Shown: in pieces, positions 60,484 through 64,000 of the stretch
Layout of the letters: every line of letters starts with the position of its first letter
How positions within the stretch are numbered: position 1 is the first letter of the stretch
Assembly (NCBI GenBank): GCA_963786955.1
Contig: CAWBAT010000005.1
Coordinates: 1,504,001-1,568,000, forward strand
Origin: an uncultured Acidimicrobiia bacterium
GTDB lineage: Bacteria; Acidobacteriota; Terriglobia; Versatilivoradales; Versatilivoraceae
Direction: 5' to 3'
Length of the DNA: 64,000 nucleotides
Position numbers and translations under genes: made by a program
The notes under the pieces: model-generated
What the model was told of the DNA's origin: nothing
Database searches by the model: none
The model's input: the letters and a program-made list of their open reading frames with translations, nothing else

Positions 60484-62250
60484 CTACCAGGGCAGGAGGG
60501 TTCGGGGGTCGTTAGTCACATTGTCAATCACCGTAGCGTAAGCTGTAAATGCAGCTCCTGCCGTAGGCGTGGACAACTCGATGCGAGCTCCGCTCAAGTC
60601 GCCGCTTATGCCAAATTCACGGACCACGCGGCTTTGAGTCATTCCCAAGGGGTAAAGTGCGAAGTTTCCATGAGCCAACTCTACGCCGGTCTCCGACACG
60701 ATTGCCACATTGACATCGATAGGAATTTCCGTGCCATTACACATGATAAGGTTGGTCCTGAAATTGGCATCCTCGCGTATTCCCGGGATTGAGCGTGAAA
60801 TTCCTGAACTGATGAGCTGTGAATCCAAAACGGCCGGGACACTCAGGCCAAAAGTTCCTCCTCCAGGTGCGGGAGTGGAAGTTTGGGAGATGATACTGAG
60901 CGCACTACTCGACGACTTAATAAGCACCGCTCCAAAATCGGCGTTGGAGTGGAGTCCAAATACGGCTGAAAGCAAATCGGAATACGTAACTGCTTTCCCG
61001 CCTGCCAGCTGAAAACCCACTTCTTTCCCGTCCCGTCCGTCCTTGTTATTTCCAAGATATTTCAAGGTCGCCTGAGCCAGGCTATTACCAATATTGGCGA
61101 TGGCTAATTCTGTTGTGAAGTAAGCGCCGGCCTGGCCCCCCGCACGTGCAGCGGAAGTTAAGATCCAGGACGCTGGAACGCCATCGCCTCCAACAACTGT
61201 GGTTAACAGAGTGCGGGGATCGTTGGTTTGGTTGTCGATCACGGACGCATAAGCCGCGAAGTCCCCTCCGGCAGTAGGAGTTGAAAGCAGGAAATACGCG
61301 CCTCGGACGTCACTATTGACACCCAGCGACGTGAGTCCCGAAAACTGCGTCATACCGAGTGGTAGGAGGACAATGTGCTTATGCCCAAGGGCTATCCCGG
61401 CCTCTGAAACAACGGTTACATCAACGTCCAGGTTGGCCGGTTTCACGTTGGCCATGATTAAGTTGGTGCGGAACTGCGCATCCTGCCGTACACCTGAAAT
61501 GGCCCCGAGATTCCCGGCAGTAATGCGGTGTTCCATTCCCATGGCAGGGACACTTTGTCCAAATGTGCCTCCGCTTCCAGCTGTGTAGGTTTGCGAAAGA
61601 ATGGCGAGGCCAGGGTTCGTCGAATCAATCTTGATGGCTCCAAACCCTGTCCCGACATTGAATACGGAAGCCAGAACATCCTTGAAGGTAACGGAATTCT
61701 TGGGAGGGATGGGGGGGTACTTTTTTTCGGCTCCGGAACTGCCATCCACATTGTTTCCAAGAAACTTCAGGGTTATGTTTGCACTGGAGTTGCTCGGATT
61801 AGCCAGCGTCAAATCAGTCTTGTAATAAGCTGTTCCCTTCCCAGGAGCATGGGCGCTAGAGGGAAGCATCCAAGTATTGGCGAGGTCGACCGAGACCTCG
61901 TTCGAGTAATCACTCTCATGCCCGGAAAAGTCGTAGGCTGTTACCGCAAAGTAATATGTTCCCGCCGGCAAACCGCTGGCCGTAAAGCCGGGTTGATTCA
62001 CGGATCCGGCCAGAAGCGTATATTCCTCGAAACCGGCAAAGCGAGAGTATTGACGAGGAGAATTTCCGTAATAAACTTTGTATCCCGCAAGGTTGTTTTC
62101 AGTATTCGGATCCCATGCAAGGCTAATACCTGCGGCGTGAAGGCAAGGAGTAGTTAGAACAAGTATTAGGGCAGAAGAAAGCAAAATCCCCTTCACCTTT
62201 ATCCTTAGGGACAAATAATTCTCCTGGAATTGAATTTTTCTGTTCCTCAT
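60484..62250 (-). CDS. Secreted protein: FN3 domain followed by two tandem ~225-aa beta-rich repeats
   Basis: Signal peptide, LAWDPN..LAGYKVYYG..YYFAVTAYD..ESDYSNEV (FN3). Both repeats share GGTFGxSVP, FRTNLIM, PLGMTQ, STPTAG, YAxVIDNxTNDPRTLL. ORF is open to 62292. Confidence 0.8.
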   Translation of the reverse strand: MRNRKIQFQENYLSLRIKVKGILLSSALILVLTTPCLHAAGISLAWDPNTENNLAGYKVYYGNSPRQYSRFAGFEEYTLLAGSVNQPGFTASGLPAGTYYFAVTAYDFSGHESDYSNEVSVDLANTWMLPSSAHAPGKGTAYYKTDLTLANPSNSSANITLKFLGNNVDGSSGAEKKYPPIPPKNSVTFKDVLASVFNVGTGFGAIKIDSTNPGLAILSQTYTAGSGGTFGQSVPAMGMEHRITAGNLGAISGVRQDAQFRTNLIMANVKPANLDVDVTVVSEAGIALGHKHIVLLPLGMTQFSGLTSLGVNSDVRGAYFLLSTPTAGGDFAAYASVIDNQTNDPRTLLTTVVGGDGVPASWILTSAARAGGQAGAYFTTELAIANIGNSLAQATLKYLGNNKDGRDGKEVGFQLAGGKAVTYSDLLSAVFGLHSNADFGAVLIKSSSSALSIISQTSTPAPGGGTFGLSVPAVLDSQLISSGISRSIPGIREDANFRTNLIMCNGTEIPIDVNVAIVSETGVELAHGNFALYPLGMTQSRVVREFGISGDLSGARIELSTPTAGAAFTAYATVIDNVTNDPRTLLPW

Positions 62251-62328
62251 ATTAACGGCTTCTACTGAACACAACAAAACGTCACGACACATCCTAATTT
62301 TTGCGTCAACCTGAAAAACTCATTCTTA

Positions 62329-62360
62329 TTCTCCCTTCGATGGTGGCACCGAAGGGAGAA
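62329..62360. other. Perfect 11-bp inverted repeat upstream of the FN3 gene
   Basis: TTCTCCCTTCG (62329-39), 10-nt loop, CGAAGGGAGAA (62350-60). Confidence 0.5.
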
Positions 62361-63098
62361 GTTGTACTGCGGTGCTGTGGAATACCGATTTTCGATAAAA
62401 CTGGGTCTAAACTCCAGGGAGGCATTATTAAGTTCCAGGTTTGCATAAACTAGGCGTCATTTTGATTAGACCTCGTCATCATGATATTCGATGACTCATG
62501 AGTATCTTACCTAAATTCATGAACTCTTTTACCCAAAACGGGCAGTTTTCTCCTCACCTGATTCTCGTCAAACTAGCCTAACGATGACTGGCCTAGGTTC
62601 TACTCGATTATTAAGTCATTTTATTTCTGCAAATTAAGAGATGTTTTGACCTTTTCGTGCCTAGGGTTGCTGTTTTGTCCACTTTGGCGACACTCCACGA
62701 TCAGGTTCTTACCTGCAATTGTGAGGTAATATAGGTGGTTTATGTTGTAGATACCTTCAGAATCGTTAAGAATTTGATATGAGTCTGATCCCTTCCGAGA
62801 TTGCCTCCCAAAAAGTACAAAGTTCATTATAGCAAGGAGGTTGGAGGGCGGATCCTACTTCTAAGGTCCTGCTAGTTGCCAGGTCTTTTGGTCAGCAAGG
62901 TGTTATGATTTCCGATAATTCATACCAGACGAAAATTCACAGCTGCTTGGAGTGGAAAGCGGTCTCGAAACAACTAAAAATAGAGTAATTTTTGCTAGGA
63001 CTATGAAAGTCGGAAAGAAGGGTTTAATTGCCGAAAATTTGCAGCTGGATCATCCGAGTTGGCAAGTTTTGAGAAGGGCGAGATGTGTTCACTGACAA

Positions 63099-63998
63099 TC
63101 ATCCAGCTAAGATCTTTCCATTAACCGCACCGGGGAGTCGCGCCCGAACAACTTCTCCAAATTGAGTGGGAACGTAGCCAGCTACGAGAAAAGGCTCATT
63201 TGACCAGCTCCAGGCAGTCCAACCCATTCCCAGCTGATCAAAGTAGTCGGCCAGCGACCGTCCCCATTCTTGATCCTCTTCTTGGCCACCCCACTCGGCT
63301 GCAAACACGGGTACACGAGTCGCCAGGTTTCCAAAAGCGTCTTCCCAGTTTACGTCTTTGTTATTGTAGACATGGGTGGAGTAAACCAGATTTGCCCGAT
63401 TCAGCGGCATACCGCGTAGGTCGTAACCCCAATTGATACCTGAAACAAATACGACTGCATCCGGATTGGCTAAGCGGATCACATCAATGAGCCGGAGTGC
63501 CCAGGGCTGCCACTCGGCCATCGTGACTCTCCGATGCGTCATCGGATAGAGTGCGCCATCCTCTCGAACCAGCGGATAGGGATCATCGGGAAGACAGTCA
63601 TGAGGTTCATTGAAGAGGTCGTAAAGGACGGCGGGCTCGTCATGATAGTGGCTGGCGAGCAGTTCCCAAACTTCGACAGACCGCAAGTTGGGGAGTGGGG
63701 CCACAAAGTTACGGTGGCCGCCGAAAGGGCGATCGGCATCCAGCCACTGCAAGTCGAGAAGAGCGTAGGCCCCAGCGCGCGATGCCCAGTCGATCACCCG
63801 GTCAAGGTTACTCAGATATTCTTCGGCACTATGCCCTCTTCGGCCATTCAAAGCCCAGTCCTGATTGAAGGGCAGCCGGATAATGTTGCAGTTCCAACCT
63901 GTGACAATAAACTCAATCTCCGCTCGTGAGATTCCGGCTGCAGAACAGAACCCTTCTTCGTTCGGCTCCGCCCACTCCAATCCAGAGCGATTGACTCC
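63099..63998 (-). CDS. Glycoside hydrolase family 5 (cellulase-like), 5'-partial
   Basis: Frame is open to the window end (GVNRSGLEW); IIRLP, LFNEP acid/base, YSTHVY, AAEWG nucleophile, WTAWSW. Confidence 0.88.
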   Translation of the reverse strand, partial: GVNRSGLEWAEPNEEGFCSAAGISRAEIEFIVTGWNCNIIRLPFNQDWALNGRRGHSAEEYLSNLDRVIDWASRAGAYALLDLQWLDADRPFGGHRNFVAPLPNLRSVEVWELLASHYHDEPAVLYDLFNEPHDCLPDDPYPLVREDGALYPMTHRRVTMAEWQPWALRLIDVIRLANPDAVVFVSGINWGYDLRGMPLNRANLVYSTHVYNNKDVNWEDAFGNLATRVPVFAAEWGGQEEDQEWGRSLADYFDQLGMGWTAWSWSNEPFLVAGYVPTQFGEVVRARLPGAVNGKILAG

Positions 63999-64000
63999 TC

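Noticed and set aside
62621-62827. 68-aa ORF in the AT-rich spacer
   Set aside because: No recognisable motif or convincing RBS.
1-64000. CRISPR array, rRNA, prophage
   Set aside because: No regularly spaced direct repeats, cas genes, rRNA signatures or phage structural genes were seen.

Overview
Bacterial chromosomal DNA with dense coding. The gene content (DUF1549/DUF1553 + DUF1501 pairs, a TolB-like/TPR Ser/Thr kinase, BON and PilZ proteins, many twin-arginine-signal sugar enzymes) suggests Acidobacteriota; this is an inference. I found no rRNA, intact tRNA, CRISPR array, transposase or phage genes. In order: the 3' end of a dnaJ-hspR operon extended by a DnaC/IstB-like AAA+ ATPase and a PilZ protein; two cytochrome-c/DUF1549/DUF1553 + DUF1501 modules; a vapBC toxin-antitoxin pair with a perfect 16-bp palindrome upstream; a yitJ-like methionine gene; and an orphan AceE-like E1. 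A ~20-kb sugar-catabolism region follows, in which four URO-D/MtaA-fold paralogues sit among a fucose-type isomerase, FGGY kinase, aldolase, dehydrogenases, epimerase and a GH38-like hydrolase. This is the best candidate for an undescribed pathway. An AmgK-like kinase fused to a RapZ C-terminal domain, followed by murU, lies within it. The window ends with a GT2/phosphodiesterase/GMC module, a secreted FN3 protein with a duplicated domain, and a partial GH5. Several intergenic spacers hold REP-like hairpins and 7- and 10-bp repeats. Data-quality points: the ORF track gives the wrong strand for 58869..60359 (it is on +), and two probable single-base homopolymer deletions (at ~51950 and ~58842) break reading frames. 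All functional calls come from motif recognition by eye; no database searches were run.
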